NCBI RefSeq assembly: GCF_000485595.1
Contig: NW_014577064.1
Coordinates: forward strand, 370,479 to 434,478
Reading direction: 5' to 3'
Source of the DNA: Priapulus caudatus
Taxonomy: Eukaryota
Length of the DNA: 64,000 nt
Part shown: positions 1 to 14,400 of the stretch, in pieces
How positions within the stretch are numbered: position 1 is the stretch's first letter
Layout: each line of letters begins with the position of its first letter
Translations under genes and position numbers: made by a program
The notes under the pieces: model-generated
The model's database searches: none
The model's input: only the letters and a program-made list of their open reading frames with translations
Told to the model about the DNA's origin: nothing

Positions 1-560
<560 letters not shown>

Positions 561-991
561 GTGCAGTGAATCACCACTTCGTTGCAAATGTGTGCGATTT
601 CTCCCCCGCTGTGTCGTAGGCTCATTAGCCGGTCATTAGCAGCTGATATATTTCACTTCGCTTTCGATGTTTTGGTAAAGCCGTATATCATGCCCGCAAT
701 CCGCTATAGTGACGTGTGTGCTCTGAGTGGCATGGTTGAAGTATTTACACTCAGCGTGAGAATCAACCACACAGAAATCGTTATATCATATCTATACTAC
801 CAGATTCTCATTACAGTGAAAATGAGTAAATTAGCATTATATGCATTAGATAATAATACTAACCGTCAGTATATCTATACATATATCTATGCAGTATAGT
901 CGTTTTTACATAATTGCTTCTATCTACTTTTTTTCAATTAAAAAACTGTATTCATGAAATGTACTTGTATTGGAATTATACGCACTAAAGA

Positions 992-1027
<36 letters not shown>

Positions 1028-1129
1028 TTAAAATTAAAATAAAATAATAACAAAAATGAAATAATAAAAATAATAACAACAACAACAATAATAATAATAT
1101 GAATAATAATGAACAAAATAATAATATAT

Positions 1130-1467
1130 TGTCCCAGGATGGGACACGCTCAACCCAGAAGCCACCGGCTAATGCCGTGATCCACTGCCACACATCTTGA
1201 TGCCACACTTTGAAAATAATAATAATGCCAGTGGTGGTTGGAGACCTTGGCTCTATAAAGAATGGATTTGAGAAGAATCTTAAGAAACTCCCTGGCCACC
1301 ACACTGCTCAAGAATTGCAGAAAATCGCACTACTGGGAACAGCACACATCCTGCGAAAAATTCTGGATTGAATCTCTATGTCCCAGGTTGGAACACGGTC
1401 AACCCAAAAGCCACTGGCTAATGCCGTGATCCACTTTGGAAATAATAATAATAATAATAATAATAAT
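1130..1467 (+). mobile_element. Two head-to-tail 5'-truncated non-LTR retrotransposon 3' ends (R4/Dong-like, REL endonuclease) in (TAA)n
   Basis: 1225-1371 encodes MPVVVGDLGSIKNGFEKNLKKLPGHHTAQELQKIALLGTAHILRKILD*; the 3' UTR gtcccagg...gccgtgatccact occurs twice (about 1130 and 1380), each followed by a (TAA)n tail. Noisy inverted copy at about 22560-22910. Confidence 0.8.
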
Positions 1468-1506
1468 CTCTCTCTCTCGCCCTCTCTCGCTCTCTCTCTG
1501 TCGCTG

Positions 1507-1544
<38 letters not shown>

Positions 1545-1569
1545 CTCTCCATCTCTCTCTCTCTCTCTG

Positions 1570-1645
<76 letters not shown>

Positions 1646-4424
1646 TTCTCTCGCTTTCTCTCTCTCCCTCTTTCTCTCTCTCTCTCTCTGCTTGAAATTC
1701 GCAATACCTTTTCATCTCGGGTGACAATACAGCTTACATAATTTTCTCGAACCGAATCAGTAATCTAGACAACGAAGTCAATTGTTTCGTCTGAGTGGAT
1801 AAGCAAGATGGAATCGGCACGCCGAGCTGCGCTGCATATACGGTTTCCGTTGCATCGCGGCCGACGATACAGAGAATAGAACGTGTTACACGTACTACTA
1901 GCTCGGTGGCCTTACGCTGATTCGAAGCATGTACGGTGGTGATGTGTAGCCAGACGGCAGCATCCGCGTCGGCTGCGTGAAAGATGCGAGTCGCTCGTGA
2001 CATGACTCGACACCACCGATTTTAATCTTAACATCGTAACATGACTCGACACCGCCGATTTTAATCTTAACATCGTAAACGACGATCCGCGCAGGTCGCT
2101 CGACGCCTCAGCCACCGGAGACAAGGTCTTTCGGTCGACGCTTAAAATTAAGAGCTTTCGGCACGCCCCCCGGACGCCGAAGATTTCTCTTCGGTCACCG
2201 CCTCCTGAGAATCCATGAAAATTACGTGAGAAATGGCACAAGGGTTGCATATCGCGTTAGCTAAGAAATACAACGTTTTTCGGCCAAGCATACGCGTCTA
2301 AAAAAGAGAGGGGCATGCCCTAAGGATATGTACTTCGTAAAATCCGATCTCAATATTTCACTTAAACCACAGAATCCGCCATTTCCCTGCGCCTATTCTA
2401 ACGTGCATGATAATGGCGCACGGGTCGCTCGTCGCCTTAGCCACCCAACACCAAGTGTTTTTCGTGCAACCTTACGCGCTTAAAAATGAGAGGGGCATGC
2501 CCGAAGTAGACGTGCATTACTAAATTCGTTCTCAAAAAATCTTTTCGGCCACAGCATTCCTTGCGCCTATATTGAAGTACATGAACAATGGCGCGCGGGT
2601 CGCACGCGGCCGTGCCAATCAGCCACCCGTGCCACACCTAGCCACCTAGGACAATGCGTTTCGGTCGATCTTACGCGCCTTAAGAAAGAGGACAGGCCCG
2701 AAGAAGGTGTGCCTTGCAAAATCTTATCTCAAGATTTCACATCGATCGCAGCGTCCCGCCATCCCGCCGCCCACCCATGCATGACTCATTATAGCTTCGC
2801 CTTCCTAACGCTGCAGCACTTACTGAAAGCATCGATTCCACTGAAATGAATGCATTTCCATTCTCGGCGGAAGACGCATGCGAGCTCCTCAGATAAAACA
2901 CCGTCAGCACGGATTACCATAACGTCTTGCGTCGTGGCAGTATCGCATGCCCTCCGGTTGTAAGCACAAGAACGCTTGGGTGTGGTGCTAACGTATCATA
3001 ACTATGATCACTATCTATACTTCTAGCCCACGGGGAATCAATACACATGTTGCAAAGTTCGTCGGAAGCGATGAATTTTGTCTAGCTAGTCGCCGGTAAT
3101 CATGTCACCTAACATTTCCCCAATCTTTCTAAAGTAATACGCTTGTGATAGTTGCGTGTGCGTCAGTCTCCTTTATTCGTGGATGCGGGAAGATTAGTTC
3201 GTAGTGTGCGACAGCATTGCTGCCGGTGTCGACAACTCGTCGGCATGGTCCGCACTAGGTGGAGATTGACAATCTCCACTTTCTCTGTAGGTCGCTGTAT
3301 CCTAATCATTCATCGAGGACGCGTCTATTCAGTACTTAGAATGTTTAACCGCGTCCTTCATTATAAAAAACACGAATTCGGGCGTTTCTCTCGAGCTAGA
3401 GGACTATAAATAAAGACGCAAGATCTCGCGTACACCTGAGCTTGGAAAACGCTGCCTCATAGGGTGTGGAAATGCGTAAGATCTGTTTTTGCGCGTGGCC
3501 ATTATCTGCCAAGCGAAATGCGTATAAGGAGTTTAGATGAAAGAAATGGATCGTCGTTTTCTATCCTCTTCGCAAACTTGATGCCAATAAAGGCAAACCT
3601 CCTGAATTTCACTCCAAAAAAGTTGCAATTCACGTTACATAGTCTGCTTTCTCGATGTTGATCTCGAGCTTGACCTTTCCTGAATGTGGGATGATTGCTA
3701 AGGCAGTGCTCGCACATAGTGGAGTGCTCGTGGTGATATTCGGGCGATTTTCGAGGTCATGTAAGTCGCGTTAACGGGATTTCCTCCTTCTAACGGAAAC
3801 TACCTGAAGCTGTACACCTACGCGGAAGGGCAGGCGCTTTGTGATAGCCATGCTTCTGTCTATTAGATCTATCACTTTTGCCGGTGTTCTGCTGCTCGTC
3901 CCAACCCTGCCTCGCTACACTCTACATGTGGCATGGCCATCAACTCTCTCGGTTACTGCGTGGTCGGGCTCTTCTTGCACGCCCACGTAATTCTGAATCA
4001 GTGGTGTTATCAGCACGTCATTGCCTCCCATTGCCATTCTCTCCGTGTTAATATTCACCCTGGAAAAAGTTTGTTGTATTTCGTGATCGTATATGGGTGC
4101 GGCGACTGTAATGATACATTCGAGTAATTGACTTGCTAGCAATAAAGGCAAGTTCGAGCAACCTCATTCAGCTTTGTTCGAAACGAATGCTAACACGTAT
4201 ATTGCAAGAATATTATTTATCAAGAATTTATCATAAAATTATATTACTCTTACAATGCAAGACGCCATTAATCAGTGAACACCGCCTTTATATGTTCATT
4301 ATCTTTTATATCTTTGCATACCTTTTACGTACGTTCAATTACCACATAGGCCTACAGCTGCAATCTGAGACTTGTTTACGAATGATGCACGCACACGGAT
4401 GCTGAGGTTTGACCGCAGGGCGCA

Positions 4425-4572
4425 TCATACGTGATGTAGCTCAGATGTCACCGCATCGTGCTCAATGGGGAAGCATTTACGTTAGATTTCGCATCAGCCA
4501 TTGTGCGATCACTAATTTTCACTTCCCCCGGCATCTGCTTCGGTTTCGCATGTGATTTTTTTCGTGACGTTA
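4425..4572 (+). repeat. ~150-bp direct repeat of 28846-29003, each copy abutting (GTAGTG)n
   Basis: catcatacgtgatgtagctcagatg...ttttttcgtgacgtta in both places. Confidence 0.9.
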
Positions 4573-4573
4573 A

Positions 4574-4658
4574 GTAGTGGTAGTGGTAGTGGTAGTGGTA
4601 GTGGTAGTGGTAGTGGTAGTGGTAGTGGTAGTGGTAGTGGTAGTGGTAGTGGTAGTGG
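4574..4658. repeat. (GTAGTG)n microsatellite; second tract at about 28810-28842
   Basis: Perfect hexamer repeat. Confidence 0.95.
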
Positions 4659-5187
4659 TCGTGTGCGTGCGCAGAGTGTGTGTATACGCGTACGCATTCG
4701 TAAGTATGTACATGCATGCATGCGTGCGTGCGTGCATGCGTGCGTGCGTGTGTGCGTGTGTGCGTGTGTGCGTGTTCACGTGTACGCGTGGGATGGTTTA
4801 CAGATAATCATGTGGGAGATTTTCTAAAGCGTGTAACCTATCAGTTACCTGCATTAATTTACACATATATATTTTTGTGAAAGCGATATTCACAGTTTGC
4901 TGTCTTCATGTAGTTTGCAAGCACGCAAAGACTTGTCGAGGCATCGGTACGGATCAGTGCGCCATTAAAGCCCATCGATTTCATCCACACGCTCGCTACA
5001 TTTAAAACAATGAAATAAAAAATAATGAAAAAAAATAATGAAATCGTTAATTTTTCCCAGACTCATTTGCACGACTTAACATCAATGCTCTCGCATGCCA
5101 CAGAGCTGTGTTCTTGTCTTGTACTCCGCGCCAGCTAATTGCGGGTATTAGCACGTGTTTAAATTAAGTGTAATCATTTCTTCGCAG

Positions 5188-5259
5188 GCGACTGGGAAGC
5201 AATCAAATAACCCACATATCCGATCACGCATTCAACGGTCTCTTCAATCTCGAGATGTT
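5188..5259 (+). CDS. rk: LRR exon (72 nt, one LRR) of type-B LGR / bursicon-receptor-like GPCR
   Basis: ttcgcAG acceptor and GTGAGT donor; phase 2-2; translates RLGSNQITHISDHAFNGLFNLEML, a typical 24-aa LRR. Confidence 0.8.
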
Positions 5260-6845
5260 GTGAGTACTAACACGTCCACGTTCGTATCTCCTGTGTCTTA
5301 CACCGTATAAGCTGCTACTCGGTAATGAACGTAATGACTATAAAAAAAACTCATATTATTCTCACACGCCTAGTATTCGGCAGGATTCTCCGGTTGCCAC
5401 GCAGGCGTGTAATTAGGCGGATCATATATCATTTCTACAGGTAATCATATTCCTTAATTTCGATCGTTCCTATTAGCGTTTCGCGCGAGTGTGGCACTAT
5501 GTGCTTGCCATCGACATATTGACTGCACACTTATTCTAATAACCTGAACTATAGCCACAAAAACGTATTATTTCTGTGCCGTATATTCTCGACAATTTCA
5601 ATTTAACTATATTTGCGCTTATGCGATCGCTCAGTTAAACTGTTTAACGAAATAGCGAAACCATAATTATAATGAAGCGGTAAAATTTACTGTCGTAAAC
5701 TAATTAGCTAGGCTTAACATGAAGCCAATATCTACGTGATTACCGCGAACCAATCATGTTTAACGTATGCATATGTAATATAAGCAAACACATACGTGCA
5801 TAGATTTATCACAAATGCGATGCGAAGTTGTTTCTTGTAAGAAACTAATCGAATCGTTAACGAATCGTAAACAAATGTAAGCACGTTTATAACGCGTGTA
5901 ATATGGCACGTCGAAAGGCTGGTAATATTACCGTTTGATGTGCATCGTCCACACGCCATAAGCTAGAGTTTCTCGAGACAAGGAGACTCTACTATAACCC
6001 TGCCTCTAGCGCCATCTAGTACTGTGAAACTGCACGATTTCTCACGGTGGCGTTACGCATGTAACTGTAGCATGCAATACGAAATTACGTTTTGGGTTTT
6101 TAGTGCAATTAAATCAGAGACGCGCGCATCACGGTCTGTTGTGAAAATAGTCGTCGATCTAGACACGTGACGGTCGGGGTTTGTGAAATGCACTGATACC
6201 TGTACAAAGTTATCGCATCTCACAAGCGTAACGAAACGAATGACAGATAACCTCCGTTAATCACTCGTGCTGGTCGTATATTGAATGAAACAATGGCGGT
6301 TTTCGTTAAAATTAACATGGAATTTACGGACGCATAACTTACGTACGGCCTTTTTTTTAAACAAATAACCACATTGCACTCCCTTTTTATGTTTTATGTT
6401 ATATTATGTTTTATATTAAATATTATGTTATATATTTAATTCTATTATGAGTTTAGATGCTCTCATTGACATCATAACTAGTTTGACGAAGCCTCGTGTA
6501 AATTGTTTCGTTTAACGCACAATAATATATGTTTATTTTATCAATACTGCGTGATGGTAAGTATAATATCACCCGAGAAAAACTTCAACCAAACAATAGT
6601 AAAGAGATGAACGAAGATAGGGTGATATAATTATGCTAGCACTGTATATTTTGCAGTTACTTCACAATTTTATAGCATGTACCTTTGTTGTTTAGAATGG
6701 CGCGTGTTAAGTGCATGCCAGTCCCCGCAATAACATATTATGTCTATAGGGACTGTGTTAATAATTCCTTCGTTTAGTGAGCCTTCCGCTTAATGGACAA
6801 ACCACAGTATCATATATCGTCCGTTGAACAAGGTGCGCGCGTGCA

Positions 6846-6878
<33 letters not shown>

Positions 6879-7274
6879 GTGTCCCCTATGCAGGATACTC
6901 GCGGCAGATTCATTCTGGACGCAGTCTCGTTTCTGTAACTAGTTGCATCTGCAGAGGCGCCGTGTCGCCTAGTAGACAAACCTAGCGAGCGTGTACGCTC
7001 GTCCGTTATATGGGGTGCGCTCATACAGCGACCAGTTAGTGCCGCTCAAGGGGTCGTTGTCAAACTACTATTATCAGGTACTTACCTTCTCAGGTACTAC
7101 AGATATGTCTACACAAAGTGTACCAGACTTGTACCACAGAAGTGTACCCTAACCCTAACACTAACCCTAACCCTAACCCTGCGTGAAGGCTTACCGTTAA
7201 GCAGCATCCAAGCGGTGATGCGCCGAAATGCATCTCCTAAGCAGTGTTTCACGCTAGATCTTAATTCGCCCTGC

Positions 7275-7298
7275 GAGAGAAGAGAGAAAGGAGAGAGA

Positions 7299-7333
<35 letters not shown>

Positions 7334-7367
7334 TGAGAGCAAGGAGAGGAGAGGAGAGGAGAGGGAG

Positions 7368-7413
<46 letters not shown>

Positions 7414-7629
7414 AGAGAGAGAGAGAGAGAGAGAGAGAGGAAAGTAGAGAGACGAGAGAAGAGAGAGAGAGAGAGAGGAGAGGAGATAGAGCGGGAGAGA
7501 AAAGAGAGAAAAGAGAGAGAGAGAGGAGAAGAGAGAAGAGAAGGAGAGAGCAGAAGAGAGTAGAGAGGAGAAGAGAGAGGCGAGAGAGAGAGAGAGATAG
7601 AGGGAGAGAAAGAGAGAGAGAGAGAGAGA

Positions 7630-7667
<38 letters not shown>

Positions 7668-7690
7668 AGAGAGAAAGGCAGAGAGATAAT
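7275..7690. repeat. (GA)n microsatellite; other GA/CT tracts at about 1467-1690, 22380-22557, 25800-25950, 59310-59712
   Basis: Visible directly. Confidence 0.95.
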
Positions 7691-8089
7691 TTGTCCGCCA
7701 TCTCCTTCTGGCCGCGATGGTTGAGCAATCGTTTGGAGACCAAAGAGCAGTACTCGCGGATGCAAACATAGAAACGAGCGCCGTGGAGAATTGGGTCGCG
7801 GCGAAAAATAGTTCATTACAAAGAAACTAATACGCTTACAGATTTTTTTTTTGTTTTTTTTTTTATTTTTATTTTTTTTATTTTTTTTTTTTTTTTTTTT
7901 GTTTTTTTTTTTTTTTTTTTGTAATGTCTCTTCTCAACATTCTGCATATAATTGCGAGCGGCTTTTATGGCATTAAAATCGATTCTCGAGACGCTCCCAC
8001 GCGGTGGTAATGCGGCGAGAGTTGTTTTGCTGTAATTGTGTGAAAAACATGCTCAACGCAGGCGCGGTTCCGATCAAACTTTAGCCTTT

Positions 8090-8710
8090 CATCATTACTT
8101 TATCTCATTTACTCAAACTCATTTACTTTCATTACTTCTCATTCTCTCATTCACTACTTGCATTACTCCATACTCTTTTCATTACTCTCATTATACTGCT
8201 CAATTACTCTCATTACTCTGCTATTACTCTCATACTCTCATTAACTCTATTACCACATTACTTCATCCATATCTATAAATCTATCTCTATTACTCTCATT
8301 ACTCTCATCTCATCTCTCATTACCCTCATTTAACTCTCATTAACTCTCAATCATTACTCTCATTCCCTCATTGCTCTCATACCTCTCATTAGTCTCATAG
8401 TCTCATGACCGCTCATACTCTATTACCTGCATCAATAAATACTTACTCATTACTCTCATTAGCTGCTCATGCTGCGTCATTACTCTCATTAGTCTCATAT
8501 CTATTACCCTCATTACTCTCTCAATTACGCTGCTATCTCATACTCTCATACTCCATTACTCTCATTACTGCTCATTACTCTCATACCCTACATTACTCTC
8601 ATTATCCTCATTCTCTCATTACCCTCATATACTCCATTACTGCTCATTACTCCTCATACTCTCTTACTCTCGCTCTCCTCTATTTCCCAATTACGGGCTC
8701 TTACTCTCCT
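8090..8710. repeat. Degenerate 9-bp tandem repeat (CATTACTCT)n
   Basis: Recurrent cattactct with scattered indels. Confidence 0.85.
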
Positions 8711-10714
8711 ATTCTTCCCTTGTCTCCCAATGTTTCTTCGATCGTTCAACTTACAGTGTTTTTAGCACTTCAGATTTCCTAAAGCTGGTACGCGAACTTC
8801 AGGCGAGAGCTGGCTGTCGTTATAGGTCCTGTAGAAAAAAAAAATCTCCGTATTACTCTACGACGTGTTTAGTTGTACTATATTATACGAGCATTACGAA
8901 TGCACTTACTATCACATTGTAATAGAATATACTGCTTGAACTAGAAATGTTTATAGTAATATTCATTACATAATTATGGCTGATATCGCGCGTCTCATAT
9001 GACGATATCAGAAAGCAGACAATTGAGTTTTATCAGCTTATACATATTGCCATGCATTCTAAGTTGAATTATTCGAATCCGGATTACCTAGACCTAAAGG
9101 TTTATTGTATGAATGTCATTGCTTCTTAATAAACTATTAACATTACGCTAGTAGGACAGTGCAAATTGTTTCTAATAATTATTATGGAGCTACGCTTAAT
9201 GTCTAATTAGCGAAATTAAATGTTTAGTCTTTTGCCTTGTCACCAACGAGCGATATCTGTGGCTGTGCAAATGCGTGTACTCCTACATACACACTCATCC
9301 TACTATGTAAAATTGTTCGAGAGATCCGATGGTTAAAAATACTTCAAGAACTATCTATTATCTCGGTATTTTAGAACTGCTCTTCTTTTGAGCACTCGTT
9401 TGGAAACAGCGCTTGGCATTTTTGAGGATTTGTATAGAGCGATCATAGTTCGATATGGTATGCAATTACCTGAGTTGTTTCCTTCGCACACTGCCCATCT
9501 CATAGAATATTGAGTTAGTATGGAGTTCATTCCATGAATAGTGTAAACGATATATATTTTCCCCGGATTGATGAGAACGCCAACTCTTTATCGCTATCCG
9601 TTTGCTTAACGTGGAGGCGTTTGAAATGAAGTCTTTGACGCTACAATTTACTAAAATACTTAGTTCGTGTTCTATAATGATTAACACGAACGTGCTGAAC
9701 TGAGTTAGCATCTACTTGGTAAGTCCAAGACATGTATTGCAATGTTTGAGCATCTCCGGCGATGGGTCAGTCTGGAAAATGCTAGAATAGCGTAGTCCAC
9801 GCTCAAGCGAACACCAACCCAAGTCCTCGGTCACGCGCACCTCTCGGTAACCGTCCTCCGGTAACCCTCTTAGGGTACCTATTAGCACTTCCAGCAGAAT
9901 GCAATATCGTAAAAGCCATAATACACCGCCGCGGAGATATTATATATTAGAGAGAGACGAGAGACAGAAGAGAGTAGAGAGAGAGAGAGAAAGAAGAGAG
10001 AGGAGAGAGGCGAGAGCGAGAGAGCTGAGCGAGATGAGATGGAGTGAGTGAGTGAGTGTTATATGGATGTATGTGAGATCGATCGAATGAGCTTCTTCGT
10101 TATACGTCGGGAATTTTAGAGCGGGTGTATAGAACATGCAATATACGTACACCTATGATACGACCGTAGGACACGCGCGAATATAAAAACGTTGATTCTG
10201 CAGTTGGATGCGGACCACGCACCATACTTCTGTAACTACAGGGATATAAGCTCTACGCAGATATGATCTCCTGTACATTCACTCCTAGGACGCGACAATG
10301 CCATCAAAACTAGTATCCGCGCAACGCCCGCACTCTTTGATGTGCGATCCCAGGCATATATGATAAGGTGCCCAAGGCACGGTAATATAAATAAAAACGT
10401 CATTGTCAAGCGTGTTAGCAAGAGAAGGCGATTGCCAACTAAATAGCTCTACAATGCTGGCCTTACAAACTCACGCCAACTTTTAGAACTCGTATCAACG
10501 GAGCTCAGCACAGCCACTGGAGAGATCTGAAAGACTACAAAAGTTCAATCCCACCGCACCCGCATTTTTTGACCGCATGATAAATGCTATGCTTTTACAT
10601 GTGGAGAGCACGCGCATGCTACTGTATCGCCGATACATGCACACTCGGCACACCACAGTGCAAGCAACCACACGCTCACCCTTACGGGGCGCATTGCGGG
10701 ACAGGGCCTCATTT

Positions 10715-11005
10715 GTCTAACAAATCTAATTCTGTTCGACAAACACCAATTTTCGGTGACACAAAACTCAATTCTGTCAATCCTGTCACAAAAACGTCAA
10801 TTTTGTAAACACAAGAACTCATTCTGTCAATTCCGGTCCACAAAACTCATTTTGTAAACACCAAAACTCCAAATCTGTCAATCCGATTCCACAAAACCAA
10901 TTTTGTGAACACAAAACTCAATTCTGTCGAACCGCGTTCCACAAAACTCAATTTGTAAACAGCAACTCATCTTTTTCTGTCGAACGCGGCTTCCATCAAA
11001 ACTCG
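10715..11005. repeat. ~52-bp tandem repeat (ttttgtaaacacaaaactcaattctgtcaatccg.ttccacaaaactcaa)
   Basis: About five noisy copies. Confidence 0.75.
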
Positions 11006-11420
11006 ATTTTGTTGGGCCCAATATGGCACACCGCATGTAAGAAGGGCTACCATTGGTTTCTTCTGACCAATGGTACCCTTCTTACATAGCGTGTGCCATA
11101 TTTGGGCACCACAAATCGAATTGAAGCCCTGTCCTGCATGGCGCCCCGTAACGCCATGCAGGACAGGCTCAATTCGATTTTGTTGGGCCCAATATGCACA
11201 CGCTGTAAGAAGGCTACCATTGGTCAGAAGAAACAATGGTAGCCCTTCTTAGATGCAGTGTGCCTATATTTGGGCCACAAAATCGAGCACCTGTCCTGCA
11301 TGGCGTACGTGCGCGCCATGGGCCAGGACAGGGCTCATTTGTTGTGCCCAAATATGCAACAGGGACTGTCGATTTGTGCCCAAATTGGCACACCATGAAG
11401 AAGGCCTACCCAAGTGGGAA
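11003..11420. repeat. Nested palindrome array of an ~85-bp unit in alternating orientation
   Basis: Hairpin centres at about 11063, 11146, 11230 and 11310; arm gattttgttgggcccaatat..cacac...taagaagggctaccattg. Confidence 0.85.
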
Positions 11421-14400
11421 CTCTAAATGAGATCGCGCCGCTCGCGCGGCTGACCGCAACTCGGTCCTTGTTACCGAAGCATAGCCGAGTAAGTAAATAA
11501 GTTTAGTGTAGCTAACGAGATATGAGTTGTCGAGATAACTGTCGTTCAAAATCTTTGGTAAAATTGCCGACAGAGTGTTGGCGTACCATTCTGGTAATAA
11601 TAGTGGAAGGCATGCATTCCCTAAGATCTGATGAACGCGGTTTAAGGCAGTGGAGAAAAAGCAGTAAGACGAGGAGAAATGTAAGCGGCTATAGTACTAG
11701 AGCTAGTTCGGAACACTTCGATGATGATGATTATATGCCGGGACTTACTAACACACAGGTAATTATGTTTCTCTAATTACTAATTACAAGCTCATGGGTA
11801 TACTACTAAGTCAAGCTATTGTATGACTATGCGACTAATAACTATGCCTGCTGCCGGTAGACGTGGCGGATGATGTGTGTTGCCGTGACTCGTTTCTAAC
11901 CTTGTCATTCTTTCAATATGAATGATCTTTGTTGAATGAACTGTATTAGTGACAGCGGGGCGGTTTTATTGTTAGATCACGTATTGTACTTGATTTACAA
12001 TATCAACAGCAAGTAGCTAGCAATCAAATATTAGATTTGCCAAATAAATCGCCATATGATTATGACAAGTGACAATAATAAATACTGATACAGTATATAG
12101 GCCTACTGACTACAGTTACTGTAATCTGACAATTGATATGACTGTATACAGAGGGGGACCGGGGGGGGGTACATCTCACTTTAATTCCCAGCAAAAAACA
12201 GCCTTCCCAGTTCCCAGTTTAAAATAGAAAATCCAATTCCCAGTTCCCAGGATATATAATGTAGACTTGTTCAGGAAATTCAGTAGTTTAGGTTTCCACA
12301 CTACTAAATACTAATTACATAACTATTACACTTATCTGGGGTCTACATAAAGTCTTCACGAATGTTTACAAGAGGTTGAGTTGGATAATAAACACAGTAT
12401 TTCTTCATAAATATTTTTCCGAAATGAAATATGTGTTGCATGTTGTAGTTGAACAGTTCTCCAGAAACTCAGGTAACGGGTTTTTTATTGTACTATTTTG
12501 TATTTGAGTTCACCAGTTTTTGGGATTTTATGTTTAACCCAATACAGAGGTGGCCATGCTCCATTTCGCTGTCGACATTCATTTGCAATCCAATTTGAAA
12601 ACAGTAGGAGAGAGCCGCATATTGTTTTCTTACTAATGGTAATATATTGATCTCACCTCTATTATTATATATCTCTCTCTATAAATTTATTTGGGGTTCG
12701 CTCAAAATACCCATTCATTTTTTGTAGGTCCTTAATTCAGACATTTCATGCGAACGAGGCGCATCAGGAACACGCCTCAAGATGACAGATGTCGAGTACC
12801 TCATACAAGCCGGCAGCGTCGGTACTCAATATGATGCCTAGACCTGTAAGTACAGAATAACTAGAGAAATCGCATGACCACCTTCAGGAACACTTGCATC
12901 AACTAGCCGGCCGCGCGCCGCGCCCCGCCAGTAAGTGATTCACTTGGGCAGCGTCACATTTTTGTGTCTTTTGAATTGAACGAATGAACCAATGCTACAC
13001 TCGTACTCTTGCAAAGATAACTTAAATGTTAGGAAAGTAGCTCCTGTTTTCTCCTTGTCAGTGGTTACCATTTGTTTAGACATCTGTGATTGGTTTATTA
13101 TTGATATAACAAGCATATATGCCTCTCTAACTCCAAGTAATTTCATTTTAACTGGCCACTCAATGTTGAAACAGAATTCATATGCGCACTCATTACAAAT
13201 GTTCACTCTTTACAGGCATCGCCATGCTGGTTCTATGCTCTCATCGGCAGCTATTCCCGCACCAGCTAAATCCTTGTGCATGATCTATGACCATATGTAC
13301 CTAAAGCAAGATCGTATGTCCAAGTTCTTTTCAGAAGAAAAGGTAATTTATACGATTACGAATCGTTGATGTGTTTGATGTTTAATTTTAAACTAACAAG
13401 TTTTAGTTAATGTGTCTAGCTTTTTTTTTTTTTTTTTTTGGGTATTTTTTTATCTAATAGTTACTTGATACAGACTTTTTTGAGAACACAGATTGGCTTA
13501 TTGCACTACTTAGCTGCTATTAGGATAGAATGTAAAATCTAAAGGCGATCTAATCAGCTGCACTTGCGACCGAAATTCTAAAGATCTTTAAAAAATATCT
13601 AATTCCAGAGTATACATCCATTCATAATTGTTAATGTGCTTCCTTTGAGTTTTCTTAGCAAACAGCAACATTACATGAGGTCACACCAATCGAAGTGGGA
13701 CTAGGGGTCGCAGAGTGCAATACAAGTGGAGGGAAAGGAGAAGAGAGATAACAGCATGAACTCGCACTATCGCCCAATCGAACTGAGAGGAGGACTAAGT
13801 TAAAGTTATAATCCAGCTAATGTCAACATTAGCAGAATTTAACGGCAAGGCAATTACTCATGTGTTAAAAGAATATGAGTCATTAATTTTGAAAAATAAA
13901 GTTAAAAAGTATAAGGAAGACATAGAAAATACGAAGAGGTCAGTCAGTGTTTAGCAACTGAGTGCGGGCTTATTTGTTAGAAAGAAATCCTGTGGCTTTG
14001 CCCACTCCCTGATCGTTGTTGTTATGCAATCTAACGTTGTCGAAGTTCAAGTGCCTATGTTGCCAAAGTTAGTCTAAATTTCTAAAATACTGTACGATAT
14101 TTTAACGACTGATGAAAGCGGTAAATCTAGCCTTGCAAGAGAAAGATGAATTGACTTTTATCCAAGCGCAGGACAAACTATATGGCAGTAGTGATGGATC
14201 AGAATGTGATTTGTAATCTATACATCGTCAGACATTAAAATTATAAAGGTTAGACGCGCTGGATCCGAATTTATTATAGTCTATGGTTGATTGTTGATGA
14301 CCTGTTCATGAAGACTTACCACAAATGGGGCCATTATTAAACAAAATACATTCTATGAAAAATTATATTTCGATTATGCGTTTTTTAGTGCCTGAAATTG

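Noticed and set aside
7144..7180. (CCCTAA)n as a true telomere (also about 53528 and 58387)
   Set aside because: Only 3-5 units, interstitial and embedded in repeat-like elements.
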